A stretch of DNA of 61,598 nucleotides, taken from contig JYFJ02002181.1 of the NCBI GenBank assembly GCA_000934665.2, forward strand, positions 1 through 61,598. The letters are read 5' to 3'. Position 1 is the stretch's first letter. Every line of letters begins with the position of its first letter. Positions 24,632 to 39,685 of this stretch are shown in pieces. Source of the stretch: Catajapyx aquilonaris. Taxonomy: Eukaryota. The translations under genes and the position numbers were made by a program. The notes beneath the pieces are model-generated. The model did not search any database and was not told the origin of the DNA. It saw nothing but the letters and a program-made list of their open reading frames with translations.

Positions 24632-27434
24632 TCGGGTGTTCCATGGAAGGCAGGCAGAGTGTGCGGTGACAGCTTTTCTTTCGCTTGTCGCCAAGGTATT
24701 TTTAGGTAGCATAGCAGCGAACGTGTGTATAGAAATGAGCTACTATCTGCTGAGGGAGGGTCTGAGGAATCCTCATGCGAAAAGTATCAAGTCCCATGGC
24801 AGCGGGTAGACCTACGCCCCCAAATGTCACCAAGGGGGTGTCGTCGCCTTGCTATCCATGAATTATAGGCGAGTCACCTTTTGCCCTTCTGAACCGCACT
24901 CAACCGCCGTCTTTCACGCTCGCACTTGATAGGTGTCTGTGATACTATTACTTGTATCAGGCCTGCTGGTTTTATAGGCTACTTGTGTTATATCTAGACA
25001 GACATGGGGTTTTCATGGTTGAGGGATTTTGTGCCACCCGCTTGTTCAAGTCTCTGACATTGCGGGGGTTTTACAACAGGGTGTTGTGACCACTTGTTAC
25101 AATGGCTGGCAGGTTACACATCACAGGGTAACCATCTGTAGTCGTCAGAAAAAGAGGAAACTGACACAGTCGGCTAAACAGTACTGTGTAGATGCATAGT
25201 CCATAAGTGCGGTTAGACTCCTCACTTTCCAAGCCTTTGCCCCCTGTTAGGAATTAGGAAATATCCCAAGAGAACATAGGAGAAACATGGCTCTCTTGCA
25301 AATTAGTTTCGAACAGGTGTCTTACTAAGAGTTCCGGAGCACTTATTGCGGGACAGGATAGACATCAGCGTTATTAATAAAGAGGAAGAGTATTTTACCG
25401 GATGATCATTATGAGGCATAATTATGCGTCCTAATATTTACATCGTAAGACTTACACATGTGATAAGGATGGTTATCGACGAGCAAGCTATAAATATTGC
25501 ACTGTGCATTCCACACGCAAGTGACTACAGTGAAGCTCAATGCTGCACTCATATAAACTAACTTGCAAGTAAAATTGTGTAGACTACGTAGGTTTACCTA
25601 ACATATCATTACATATCTAGTAAACTGTCAGAGTATAAACACGTCCAAGATAAATAGTAAAGAATTACGCGAGTCGACATTTTTCTTCGAACACATGACA
25701 ATCGTGTTAATATTTATAGCTTCGAAACATCATAAATATTTGTTGTACTTTTGAATGCTTTATCTGCCCCTTGCACTACATCAAACTACCTTCTCCGGAC
25801 CCGGTCCACCATTTGATGGCTAGGCGCAGCATTGCCAATCCAAATTTCTTGTTATCTTAGTGTATTTCACTTCAATGTGGAAGAATTGGTACTATAGGCG
25901 ACATGAAATCTTAAGCCAAATTTTTAAGACATAGCATCATGAAGTTGTGAATTAGTAATCAGCAGACTCAATTGATGAGAGTCATTATCCACATGGTCCT
26001 TGATTGGACACAAGCGTGAATCTGCATAATGTGGAATGAACGGCAACTCGCGTGACTGTGAACACCCGACAGTGCACCCTTTTCCGTCGTTTTGATGTGT
26101 CGCAAATTAGAGTCTCAAAGGCAGAATTTTGGACGCTTGAGAACCCACGGGTAGGCCCATCATCCCTTCCCAAAAAATCACTTTAGTGTCGAACACGGAA
26201 ACATCGTTAGGTACCCATAATTTCCGAAACACCCCCGCCTAAAAGCCGGCCGTGAAAAGGCCCGACCTTTCCATCCGAATCACACTCAAACCCCCTCTAA
26301 AAACTGATGCGGCACCATCTAAGGGATGGGAGGGGTGCAAATAGGGGGGGGCCGTACATGGAGCATCCTCCTCAATAAGCAATTATAGTATCGGGGAAAG
26401 GAGGGTCGGACATCGGAGTTCATTCACAGCTCATCCTGCGGGGAGTAGTATATGGACCGAGCGGGATGGGGATAGGGGGAGGTCCCTAATTGATTTGTTG
26501 GCGCTATGGGCCCTCCACCTATGATTCATCGAGTGTGCTTCCGATTGCCTGCCGACCCGACCCCCTACGCATATTTCATCATTAGGATCCTCCGATCCTC
26601 TTGCTCCTCCACCCCTGGACCCCCAGCACGGAAATTTGAAAAGCAAAGACAATTTAAGGGCCAAATGGAAACGCATGGAGTTGTTGGGAATTGGGTGGGG
26701 TATAGGGGGAGGTGTTAAGAAGGATGACCCCCTTCTCCCAAACCACCCTACTACCCCCTGAATACGACTCTCTTGGGTGCATGGACTTTCCCTAATAATG
26801 ATCCATTTCTGCGTTTTCGCTTTTGTCCGATTCGATTTGCAAGACTGGTTCCGGCTTTCGGGGAGATTGGCAGGATTGTAAGGGTAGGTTCCTGTATTCT
26901 GGAATATTTCAAACTAGCAACGACCCAGAACAACGTATTGACCTTGACATTTCACTGTAGAAGAGGAGAAAAACAGCGGTGTTTTTAGACATACCAGGCT
27001 CGTGAATAATGCATGGTCAGTGGCTAGGAACCTTCTACTGCGAAAGTTAGCAGTGACCTTATCACTCTCATGTCACCCAACATAATTGTAAAGCACATAC
27101 GCGCAATGTTATGAAGTTCTAGTTGGGGATATACGCCGCAGTTGTGGTGTTAGATTCGGTTTTTGTAAAACGAAATACTGTCGACTCATTGGCTAGCTAA
27201 ACTCACTCGTGAATTATTGCTAACGCCATGAAAGAGGATGTCAAAAGAGGAATGAGAGGAGGGGAAATCTAGCAGGCTGGAAAGTGGGATGAGAATTAAC
27301 TACATTGTGTATGTCACTAAACGGAGTGTGTGTAGCGTATTGGCTTTACATACAAGCTATGGCTTGAAAAGGGTCAGTTTTCACATGATAACACGTCCTC
27401 CTCCTCCACCACCACCTTTCCCCGATATTCGCAG

Positions 27435-28145
27435 ATGAGCCACCATGGAATGGAAGGCCTGGAGATGCTGGACCCCATCTCGTCAACCTCAATGACAACT
27501 CTGACCCCCATGACGGAAACGACGATGTCGTCGCACTCTCACGGCCAGCTCCACCCGCCGGTGTACACCCACTCGGCCATGAACCCCATGATGGGCACCC
27601 ACGGCGGCCCCTTGGGCCCTCACCCCCACCCACACCCGCCGGTACCCATGCACGACACGGACACGGACCCCCGTGAGCTGGAGGCCTTCGCCGAGAGGTT
27701 CAAGCAACGACGGATCAAGCTTGGCGTGACGCAGGCCGACGTAGGCCGCGCTCTAGCCAACCTGAAGCTGCCCGGCGTCGGTGCCCTTTCCCAAAGCACC
27801 ATTTGTCGCTTCGAGTCGCTCACCCTGTCGCACAACAACATGATCGCACTCAAGCCTATCCTCCAGGCCTGGCTCGAGGAGGCCGAAGCGCAGGCCAAGA
27901 ACAAGCGACGCGATCCGGACGCCCCGAGCGTGCTTCCCTCTGGCGAGAAGAAGAGGAAACGTACCTCCATCGCCGCCCCGGAAAAGCGATCGCTCGAGGC
28001 CTACTTCGCAGTGCAACCAAGGCCATCCGGAGAAAAAATCGCGGCCATTGCCGAAAAGTTGGACCTCAAAAAGAATGTGGTGCGGGTGTGGTTCTGCAAC
28101 CAAAGACAGAAGCAGAAAAGGATGAAGTTCGCTGCTCAACACTGA
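27435..28145 (+). CDS. POU4: POU4/Brn-3/Acj6-family transcription factor, terminal coding exon (POU-specific domain, linker, POU homeodomain)
   Basis: Preceded by a pyrimidine-rich acceptor ending ttcgcag|. Encodes DTDPRELEAFAERFKQRRIKLGVTQADVG...LSQSTICRFESLTLSHNNMIALKPILQAWLEEAE and KKRKRTSIAAPEKRSLEAYF...VVRVWFCNQRQKQKRMKFAAQH, which is diagnostic of class IV POU proteins. The linker AQAKNKRRDPDAPSVLP is arthropod Acj6-like. The ATG at 27435 is an internal Met, not the start codon. Confidence 0.98.
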   Translation: MSHHGMEGLEMLDPISSTSMTTLTPMTETTMSSHSHGQLHPPVYTHSAMNPMMGTHGGPLGPHPHPHPPVPMHDTDTDPRELEAFAERFKQRRIKLGVTQADVGRALANLKLPGVGALSQSTICRFESLTLSHNNMIALKPILQAWLEEAEAQAKNKRRDPDAPSVLPSGEKKRKRTSIAAPEKRSLEAYFAVQPRPSGEKIAAIAEKLDLKKNVVRVWFCNQRQKQKRMKFAAQH

Positions 28146-28621
28146 CAGGCACTCTAAATATTACAATATGGCGATAACCACCATGGTTTTTGTGTGTGTA
28201 TCGGTTACGGTGCTGCTCCGTATGTATACTCACGGGCATGAGTGGTGCGCCGCCCAATATGTTGTTTTTTTAGGGCTGAAGAAAACATCTGTGGTCCAAC
28301 GGCAAAGGGGCATCCTAGAGGTTTAAGGGAGATCCAATTAGTCCAAGAACTCAGCTACTCATCAAACACTTAGTGGAAGTAACACCAAATAATGTAATAG
28401 TCGTCAGAAACAGGTTGAGAGTTACTTTATTTTGAAACGACGATTTTAGGAAACAGACCAACATAAAAAGCATTGAAACGAGAGTAGATAAATTATTACA
28501 TAAGCAAAGCATTTTATATATTTTCAACGTGCTTCTAGTATCTGTTACCTTCTGATGATACTCTCACTATCTGTTATGCTACTTGAAGAAAAATAACGCT
28601 ACATTAATTGGAACTCTCTTC

Positions 28622-28634
28622 TTGAAACACCCTG
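28622..28634. mobile_element. Solo Tc1/mariner-type TIR tip downstream of the POU4 stop codon
   Basis: TTGAAACACCCTG|TA is identical to the outer 13 nt of the MITE at 1033-1359. The inner sequence differs and no partner end was found. Confidence 0.4.
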
Positions 28635-31600
28635 TATATAACTCACAAGGTTTGTACTGTATAGGATACACGCCCTTTCTGCCACTGGACTACAGAAGTA
28701 AGGTAGGGCAAATTGTATGGAGTCACAACTGTACCTTATGTTATGTCGTGTATAATTATAATTAATCACAGTGTTAGTCGAGTCGGGGTCGGACGGATCA
28801 AATCTCAGAGCCTTTCTTTCATAAATGGGTTACTTTCGGATATTTTTTTGTTATTTGGTGTTGTGATTGGTGTTGATGTTGAAATTAGGCCTCGTATAAT
28901 GTGCTTCTGGTGGACCATCCTCCCCCGTGTGCGGAATTTTCTGTTTCTCACTCAGTACTCTCCCACTGCCCAGCCTGAGATTTTATCTGTTCTGTCTTCT
29001 AAGGAATAAAAAAACCACGTATTCATAAGTACCCACATTCCCGGTCCTTCCCATTTCTCATTGGCATCACATTAGCGAAAAAAGAGACACCACACGAATT
29101 CAGACTGATGAAATCTAATTCAAGAATGCCAACTTAACCGCCAAGTAGTACTTTGTGATTAGGCAACGTACTGTAGGACAGGGCGTCCGCGAAGGAAATT
29201 CAAATTCGCACTATCTTGCAAATTGGTTCTAGTCACTATCCAAAATGCTGCGTGATAATATTCGTACTAGTCTCAAGAGTCCTACCGACTGCCTACGAGC
29301 TTAGTAGTACAAAACTTGATATGAGCCAGTGGATCGTATGTACCAAAGAAACAGTGCCCTTCCTTCCCTTCTCCCTCCACACACCCTAATATGGCCTCAA
29401 ATCCTGGCTCCTTTGTCAAACGTAGTTTATCTTTCACACACTCACACACACTAACACTAACACTCCACACCGTACGTAGTGATTTCTTATGTGGACATGG
29501 GCAAAACCTCTGTGCCTATTTTCACTGCAAACAATGAGAGCTCTATTTGTACGACTACTGTAGCGCAGAAGTGTGTCATCGCTTTCTCGTTATTTCCAAC
29601 TTCGGCCCGCGGTGGATTACGCATGCGTAATGGAACTTCGTTTGCTTTGTTAATATCCGCTTACAAACATATTGGGAGTTGTGATATACACTCAAATTTC
29701 TATTCTTTTGTGAAATATACAAATAGACAATTGGTAGAATTTTTCTAACATGGAGCCGCAGGAGTGTATAATGTTACATGGCGTCAGTTGGAGGTTGAAA
29801 TAGGCCTGAGCCTCTTTACATGCTGCTGCATGTACATACCCAAGTTGGGGGCAAAAAAAAATAAAATAAAAAAATCGACTGAAGTTCCACTGCGTTATTT
29901 CAGGAAGTTTAATTTCGCACATGTCAACTTAACCACCGCCAGCATAAACCGTCGCTGCACTAGACCAAGGTTAAAAAAGAATAATAAAATGTCGTCATAA
30001 GCTCAAGGTTGGAGTTAGTCGTAGTCGTAGTGCTACTCGGAAGAAAGGTCAAAATATGAACTCCCACACCTATTGTTGGTTCTACCTCTCCCTCCTCCCA
30101 TCCCTTCCCCCCAATTTGTAAAGATCACAGGGTAAGCCGAAAAGTATAGCACACGTTCCAGACAACGCCTTCTGTCATCCTTATTCATTAAATTAGTCGA
30201 CTGATTTATTTGCTCATTATTTATTTAAATACTAAACATATTATTGTCAATTGGGACAGGTTTGAAATTCCAGAAAACGCGTTGTACAATCGTTGGTGTA
30301 AAGAATAGTCCCGCCAGAAGAAACGTTGATGTAGAGCAGAAAGGATGCCAAAGAAAATAAATCCCAGTGGATCTTTTTTTGGTAATATCCCACATAAAGT
30401 GCCAATTTTCCCGCATAGAATCAAGTACATAACATAAAAAGTATAGGTGTCTATTTTTTGTGGCTCATTCTCCCATGACGCTCTTTCGGTGATAGGTTGC
30501 CTAAAATAATAATAAAAATTAGGACATATCTAGTATGGTACGTAAAGTCTGGATATTGAATAACAATGTACAACTTTTAATTCACATAAATACACGAAAG
30601 AGCTTAACTCAAAAGCGTGATAATTCTCTGCCACATTAAATATTATAAACACCATCACGTCGTTGTCAGCTGGAAAATGCTGCAAAGTAATTTATTTAAT
30701 ATCATTTAGTAAGCTGCTTAACAGCTTCGTGTCAAGAATTGATGGCGTAACAACAAAGGGCTAGTAACTAATAACCAAAAGCAGATATCCTTAAATATTG
30801 CGCAAGTATTATTTGGCCTCACTTAACACCCCCTTTCCATGATGATACAAGACACCATTCCCCCCTTTCCCTCATATAAGGAACATCCCTGCCCCCCCAG
30901 GCGTTGCATAATTTAAGGACTGCTTCGAATTCTTACCAAAGAACCTGAGATGGATAGGCTCTTTTGTAATCATGGATTCTCACAAAACTACCGTTAGTAG
31001 AACCAATTTGCTTGTTTTTACACTGTCTTAAATTTAAGACTGCCACCTTCAAAACCAGTTATATTTTAAGATTATAAATATCCAGACCTGGCATACATGG
31101 CAACATTAGAAGAGTGCCCCATCCACACAGACCAAATCCCACAATTGCAACGTTCCCAAAGTAATGTTTGTGACTTTGACATCCTGACTCGCAGCGCGAC
31201 CTGACCTGACTTGACCTGATCTGACCCCCCTAGTCCCCTCTTGCCCCCCCCCCCCACCACCGCAACATTTCTCCAATAGCGACTGCCTATTACTTTTAAC
31301 TTATTTATTTTAGTAGTTGTATTTGGGCAAGCGCTATTAGAGAAGCAGCACCAATGATGCATGGAACCAATTTCCCCCATTTTTTTGTAGACAGAATGAT
31401 CCGGAAAAGAGACACGCAGGGCCGGATTGACCCCTGACTCCAGTCCCTCTTCACCCCATCCTCGGTCGCCCAGGGACAATGTTCGCCCAGCAGACCGCCT
31501 ACCCTTCTGATACCATATTGCTCGCTTGTTCTCGGGAGGCCTTCTACCAGAATCGGGGAAAATGTTGAGTAATGTTTCACCCCCCTTTTTGCATATACTT

Positions 31601-34600
31601 GAAAGAAGAAATGTCTCCACGTGCGTAAATGTGGCGTTACAGAACCATACGAGCTCTGGTATGTATGTAGCTCCGGTTCTACTGCTGCAATTTAAAAAAA
31701 ACTACAACCCACGATAGGGGGGCCGCCCCCAGGTATAAATCCTGTCTAGGGGTCAATCCGCCCCTGGTGGTACGGCGGACATGTTGGCAACAAAATGGTC
31801 GGAGAGGCCATCTTGTATTTGTTTTTAAGTGAGATTATTATGTATAAAAAAACATTCCCGAGTGCAACATTACATGTCTCCAGAACACCTCCCTCCCCAC
31901 AATTTCTTAATGCTCAATGATGTAGTTAAGTTAGGCTCTAGGCCTAATAAAGTAGCACACAATTTTCAGCCTGGTGTAAATTCATGTAAACTTCTACCGA
32001 GAAAAAAAGTGTAAGCTTATTGTACATGTCATCAGCTTTTTTAATTGTTTTTATTTTCCGCTGTCACCCGTCTTCATCACCTGAAAGGTAGTTGTAGCGT
32101 CAGTACAAGCAATAAAAAGGAGGAAAAAAAAGAACAGCTTAGATGCACTACGGCTCCTTTATTGTTTTCGGCTTATATAGGCAGAACATACCGCATCGTG
32201 TTCTACAAAAAGAGAGAGAAAATCTTCGAACTCTCCCCCCCCCCTCCCTTTCATGTAGGTCTACTGCGTGTTTCGTACACACATTTTGTAATCTCATGAA
32301 CAAAAATCTGACGGAAGTGTTTCCATTCTTCTGTACTTCGCGTGATGTAAACATCACAAATAAAAATTCATGGTAGGATACGTCTCTAGTTCTATATTTA
32401 CACACCATGCAGGAACTTCACATCTATGATATTCTAGATACAAATCTGCAGTGGCGACACTTTGCAGGTAAGTAAAAGAATCCATATATGCGTACAACGA
32501 AAAACAAAAGGTCAACATGCACTGAGATGACTCAAAATCAACGCAAATCTTACACTATTATGCCACTATACAGTATTTTAAGACCTTAAATGCAGAACTA
32601 TGAGTCACATTTTGGCCCAAATTGAGTTAGGAGTAGTAATATCTTTTACATGTCCGTCCTGATGCAGGTCAGTCTTCTTCTAAGTAAATTACATGGATCA
32701 AGCAATCTTCCAACTTCAAACCCTCATATCATGATATCAGCTGCTCTGATCGTTCTGCATTTCAGGTCTTCATATGTAATGTAGGAATATTACAGCAGGG
32801 GAAAAGTACACAGGATGTTCTTCTGCCCAAGTTGACAATCAGCGGAGAAGGCGGGGGAGATTTGGTGAATTACTCACTCCTGGCGATTCTGGGGGCCTGC
32901 CTGGGGGGGGGGGGGGGGGNGGGGGGGGAGACCCGAACTTTTGCTGAATCTTCACTGGTGTTTGAATTTGGACCAAGAATGACTAATCCATCATTCTCCC
33001 CCGCTTCTCTGCGGATAGTCACCTTGGGCAGAGGAACACCATGCAAATCCCATTCGCTTGTTTACAGTAGACAAATGTGAAGGGCATCTAAAAATATGCC
33101 GTACAGCTGATCACATAACTCATGACTCATTCAGTGGTGAAGAGATGCTGTAGTTATCTGCTCATTTTTCTTCTTAGGTACTTCAACAATGAAATTCACC
33201 CAGCTTAATGAAGTGGATATTGGTATGCACCGACGCGACATTCACCCAACAAGTGTACAGTATACTTTTTAAACATGCAAAAAAACGGGAAGTATTACAA
33301 ACCATATAGGCTAGTGAGTGTGTAAGAATCGATAATTTTAGGTTTCGAAGCTTATAGTCTGTTCTAAGTGAACTTTTTAGCAGTGTCAAAATATGACACA
33401 TTGAAAAGGTGTCTAGGTATAGCACGCCGGGAAATGCATCAGTTACAGTGCCGTTTCATCAATAAAGCGACAGAGCTCAGCACCATCTATCACTACTCTA
33501 TTTACCAGTCACTATATACATAATATAAAAACTCGCAAGTTATTTTACCTGCTTATATTAATCGGCTATTTGCTATATTTTCTTCTCAAGTTTCTTAACA
33601 ATATGCTTCAAGCACTATTCTAATAATGGGACGTCTGCTTATGATCGTCACTGATCATGGTACGTAACCGAATAGGGAATAAGTACAGTAAAGAAGGCCT
33701 GTGCTTCATAACATGATGCCATGTTTAAGTTTGGCGGATGAAAAAGGACAGTTTATTTTCAGAAAAGTGCGCATTGCATGTGGTCATTGTTAAGAAGAAT
33801 CGAGGGGATAAATTGTAGACGATATTCTTCATATCAGTCAAGTACGGTATATTACATTCACATTAATCACTCACAAATGAGCGAGCTTTTCCAGACCTTG
33901 TCTGTTGTTGCCTTTCAATATGCCGTGTATAACTACACATGCTACCATTTCATGCATTTTAAATCAATCACATCACTGAATATCCCAGAACATTGCTCAT
34001 ATTCGTATATGATTCAGACATGAAATATGGAATAAGTTAATCTGCACCCTGTACAGTACACTCGAGCTTTCTGTAACTGGGGTGCATATCAATAAAGTTT
34101 TTCCTGTAATCAGAAGATGCCTTATACAATATCACTCTGTCAACTGCAGTAACATATCGGAAAATAATATCTCGAATGTCATACAACAGTAACACATTGC
34201 ACTGAACATGAAAACACGAACTGCGACTACCTCTGCTTTCACACTTACGATTAATTTTAAAATTTAATCGACCATCTCATGACCCTGCAAGCTAATCAAA
34301 TAAATTTAAATACATTTTGAACAATACCTCTGCAAATATAAACACTGGCTGATAATAATTTGCATGGAGTCTAGTATATAGCACGAATCTGCGACTGAAT
34401 AGGAACTGTATGCATAAACTGCATGACAAACACGACACATACGTGTTATAATTATAAGTACACAACTCTAAATGCAATTCATTGACAATCCACGCTTCCA
34501 CACCAATATGCATGAATAAATAATGGCTGTGACTGAAATGGACGTTAATCATCAATATTAACCCTGTTTTTTTTAGATCAAAGCGCACGTAAAAACGTAC

Positions 34601-37600
34601 ACACATACGCCATGCGGAGCTTGCGGTTTCCAAAATACTAACTACTCCTATATGCAGTTGTAAACGTGCAATTTAATCATGTTCGCCCTTGCATATAATT
34701 ATGCGGCTAAGCTTACGCTGAACTGTATTTTAAGTCCGAGTCTGTAGGTTAAACTGATATTGGTCCAATATTTTTCAGCTGCAAACATTAACTATAAATA
34801 CCACTTGTGGAATATGAAATAATAAGCTGTCATAAAGGGCTTCAAGAAAAGTGGCATCGCTTAGTCCCTGCTACGGGTTAAGCATAATCCTGCAAGTCTG
34901 GATTCCCGTTGGACTAGACTCTCCCCACACCCATCCCATCCACAAAATCCCTTGCTATGTACCAAAGTATTAATCGTGTTTCTGCTAAAGGACCCTGTAA
35001 TATTCATTCTCATAAAAGATGGGGCAGGAATATAACGGTATAACACAAGGAAGGCCGAGGGGTGGGCAAGGGGAGACCTCCATGCTGAAGAGATGGGGAC
35101 GCATGAATTAGTCCAAAACTGACTTAACACCCCTTTTGAGTTCGAAGCTGCAAATGCTCTGCTGCAGTTTCAACAACCAAAAAGTGCATTCAACGTGCTA
35201 AGACGGGGGGATAAGCAGGTTTAAGTGTGGGGGGGTTGACGCAGAGCCTACTTTGGAAGCCAACTGAAATATTCACTTGAAATTGCTCCAAAAGAGGGGC
35301 CCCTATAGTCTAACTATTCAGCACCTTTTTTTTTTTTAAAAAAAAGGCAACAGTGTCCACTCCTGACCATTGAGTGGCTATATGTACTTATGCTTTATAA
35401 AATAAAAAGCGACATACTTGGATATCCGTACATTAACCCCTCATTGTCCCCCTTGTCCATGATGAGCAACTATAATTTCTGAGCTGACAGTTGAAGAGGA
35501 AGGGACACGTGCTGAAACGAAAATAGCACTTTTTTGGCTTGATATTCGCAATTGAGGCAAATCTAACGGGACAATTACGACGTGGAGTAACTGCACACAA
35601 CTCGTTGTCTTATCTGCACCGTTTCTACGACGTCGGAAAACGCACGTTACGTATTATCAGCAGCAGCCGAGTGAAACACGCAAAGCGCCAGGGGAAGAAT
35701 ATCAGAGCGCTAGCTGACTGCTACCTTTTTTTATTATTTGCACTTGGTACCACGCCCTCCTTTTTTATAATGCCAGGAGCAATTTAGCTCTAATTTTGTA
35801 ATCACTAAACGAGTTTACCATGGGAAAAGGCGTTCAACTCACACAATGAAAAATATCGTGCCTCTTGAGGTAGTGTTCCCAGCAAGAATAAGGAACGTGG
35901 AATTGAACAAATTATTTTCCTCCGCTTTTCGGATGAATGTCGGATGAAGTATGTAAAAATAATATGCAGGCTGTAGGCACCCAGAGAAAGGAAAACCGTA
36001 ATTAATATCTTAACACGGTAACTATCGCACAAGTGATTGTTGCTTCCAAAGAGTTTAATTCTTATTACACTGGTGGCTGGCTCAACAATTTATATGGGGA
36101 CTGCATATGAACCTGTTTGTAAACATAAAAGTAACGGTCCCATCACACAATCTTTTCTGTCAAGATTAATGCCCAGAATTTTCACATAATGTTCCGACTC
36201 TAAGCTGGAACATTTGTCCGTTGTTCCGTTTTGAATTATGAACCCCGAAATATGAACGAGTGATTGTGATTTTAGTTTTCAAGTCGAATAATAAATTATA
36301 GTGTGCGGACTGCTTTTCGTGAGGAGTATTAGCAGATTTCCTCAATAATAAGACCATCAAAATAGCTCAGCTGGTTAACGTATTACACAGTATTATTTAT
36401 TCCAGAATTTTTCAGATATATTCAGTTTTCATGGGTAATCCTGCTCACAGAGACAGCCTCATATGGCACATAAAAAACATTCGATATGTATTGTGCAGAT
36501 ACACTATACTTTATAACCTACACATCAAAAAATTTAGATATGTATCATTTGCATATAAATAGCCGAATTTTTATAGACTCGCGTTATCGAAGGCAGCCTA
36601 TTTTAGCGCACCAACATTTTTTGTGACAGTGCAGCCAATCTCAATCAAAGTAATCCCTCTTGGAGACAATACCCTTAAATTACCCGATGCGATATCCTTA
36701 CCAAAGAAAAAACCCCCACTTTTATTAAGACGTGAATTATACCGTCAGACACACACACAAAAAAAAGAATTGGATGGAACCATACATAATTGATGAAAGG
36801 ACAGCAACACCTTAATAAGACCCCATGACCAAGTCCGAGACCCGGGTGCAGAGGTGGTCATGTCATGTGTGACCCCACGGAATTTGTGTCAATCCGCCAA
36901 CGGACGCTTTTATTGTATGTGTGCCCCCGAGTTCACCCCCCCCCCACCCCCCCTCTCTCACTCCATACTCGAGAGGCCCGTCCATATAAGTGCCCTACAT
37001 GGGAAAGGAGATCCCTATCGTATTTACGGTAGGGACTTTGCCTCAATTTTCCTTTGCATGTTTAGGCCATGCAAGCCCTCCCCCCCTCCCCTTCCCTGCA
37101 CCCGTCCTCCCACCAGCGTGGTGTGTGGTTGAGATGAATCTTTTATGATTCCATGAATATGAGTATTCTGGTTCTCTTGATGAGCGTTCAAAAACGCTAT
37201 GCTTCCCCCCCTTCCCTTCCCTCTCCGTCCCCCTCCGTCCCCCACCCCCTTCAGCTCGACATCGAAAGGGAAGGGCCGCAGGCCCTTTTTTTGTCTAAAT
37301 TGGAATTGTTTGTGGCAGAAAATGAGATCACAAATAACGGAGGTAAGGCAAGGTTGTATGAGACAAAAAGTTAGGGACCAAAGGCTCGAGTTTACAACCC
37401 CATGTCTATGGAAGTTAAAATTATTTGGAGACTCAAAATGGCTTAGATGAAGATGAAGGTAGGTAAAAAGTAACAGATGGTATCGGAGGGGGCTTTATTT
37501 CCTTCTTTATAAGACCTATTATGACTGTCACTCGATCCGTAGAAGAATTGAGAAACGATCTCCTGTCATGGGATCTAATGATCCAAGCAGATAGGAGATA

Positions 37601-39685
37601 GGCTATTTGTTGCCATATATTATGTGCTTTTGCTGGCGAGTTGTGGGTGGAAAGGGGAGAGGGGGGAAGGAGAAGGAGAGAGAAAATAATAGCACTCGTT
37701 GGGGGTTGCAAGGAAATCAATTTCTCCTTGCGCTTGTCAAGTGCGCGATTATTTACAGTCGGAAAACTCGGTACATGTGTTCCATTCCGTACATTTAAGA
37801 GTACGGATATTTTTACGGCGTCGTCAGTAAATTATGAACCAATCGTAAAATGCGATAAGGGTGACATGTGGGTGTGAGTGCAATGGACATGCTCCTATCT
37901 TATGGCTGAAGCAGAAATAGGTCCTTCGACTACAGTGTACAGAGGGCCTTGGTACCAGAAATAATGCGACTTAATAGCATGGTTGCAGGATCAACTGTTT
38001 TGGAGCCAGGCCCTGTCACATGCCAAATTACGTCACGTTAGCACTGAAGAACGCTTAACTTATTTTGTATTCACTTTTTTTGGTATTTTTCTCCGCATAT
38101 GAACTGATGTCATGTATTTCAGCCACCCTTTCCCCCATATCATGCACCGTCACCCGGAGCTTACCCCCTTGTTCCCTCGGCGTGAGGAAAATGGACAGCT
38201 TTCACTAGCCAACGACCGTAATTGGTCAATGAAATAGTATTGATTTATAATGGGGAAAATGTTAAAATATGAACGAAACAACCAGCAATTTTGTATGGTG
38301 TCCCCTGTGCTCGAATTTATTTATGCAAAATATCTTTATTTTGCTGTGTACCACTGGTCATAACACTCATTTTCTATCATCGAAAAGGTCCCTAGGTCGC
38401 TATATAGACAGGTTGGGCCAAGTTTCCACATAAGGAAAATACAACTTCCTGTTCCTGCCATCGCAATAATTTATTCGTTTTTCATTTGACAAATGGCATT
38501 CTAAAAGTGTATAATTTTTAAAAAAATCTCAATATATAGTATATTCCCTGTGTTATTGGACCACCTCATATGCTTTCCTCATAATCAGTTCGCAACCAAT
38601 GAGCTTTTCTAACTAGGTAAGATATGCTTTACAGAAACTTTCACATGCCCATTTGTCATTGCCAGTAAAACGCAGCAGCAGTCCAAAAGTATACATACAA
38701 TTGTGGTCTCCTTGTCGACACGCGCTAAAGCATACTGGAGGGCTCCATTCTTAATCCTTTCTTTCTTTCTGAACCTATCCTCTTCTGTTATAACCTTATT
38801 AGCCCGTAAAGGTGTAGCGTGGGAGGTGGGACCGAATCAAATTGGAGAAAATCTTCCCAGAGTTTTTCTTGCGAAGCAGATATAAAAGTGGCCTCAACAC
38901 ACACACACTCCCCCCTCCCTACCCTCCGGAAAATTTCACAATGTTGTGAGTGGATAGCTCAATTACCATAGTCCCCGCCATTCGCTCTTTGCAAAAGCAT
39001 AACCTTTCCTTTACTACCCCCGGCCACCCACTTTTTTTCCCTGTGTCCCCCCCCCACCCCCCCGCATTCCCCTCTTTCTCTAGGTGCAAAGGCAGCAAAT
39101 TAAGGCTGAATTTTTCATCCGTAGCCTCCCATTTCACCTTGCACCCTAAGGGTCCACTCCGGATCTAGCGCGTAAAAACGAGAATCCGGAGAAAGGAAGA
39201 GTGGGGGCATCTCCCTCCCTCCTCTCATCCCCCTGACCCTCCCCGCCTCTCCTCAAAAAAAAAGAAAAAAAATAGGGAAGAGAAGATTGTGATCCGAGAG
39301 AGCGATTAAAAGCGCCAGCAGCGGCCTCGCGATTACTTTGGCACTTCCCCGTCCGCCTCCCTGCCTCCCTATGCCTCCTCCTCCCTCCACTCCCACCCAC
39401 ACCAAATTACCAACCACTAAAGCGCAAATTGGCTGATATGAATGCCCAAGTTGGGCGTCCCCGCGGGGAAGGAACGGGGAACGGGGGCCATATAGGTTCG
39501 GCCGGCAGCCAGCCCGCCAGCTGCCCTGCTGCTGTCCTCAGAATGCCTTTCATCCAATTAGATGGGCTGGCAATCACGGTGCCAGTAGTTCTACGGGCCT
39601 TCTTCCCACAGGACCAACATGCTAGCAGGAATAGGGATTCCAGGAAGAAAAGAGCAAGTCGCAAAATAGACAAAGTGGTGCCAAT

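Noticed and set aside
28143..28157. Stop-codon readthrough (TGA-C context)
   Set aside because: An in-frame TAA follows after three codons (CAG GCA CTC), so there is no meaningful extension.
27346..28257. Overlapping antisense and alternate-frame ORFs
   Set aside because: These are shadows of the GC-rich POU4 exon.
28860..30000. K-box-like TGTGAT sites and AATAAA signals in the putative 3' UTR
   Set aside because: These short motifs are expected by chance in AT-rich DNA, and the UTR end cannot be fixed from sequence alone.
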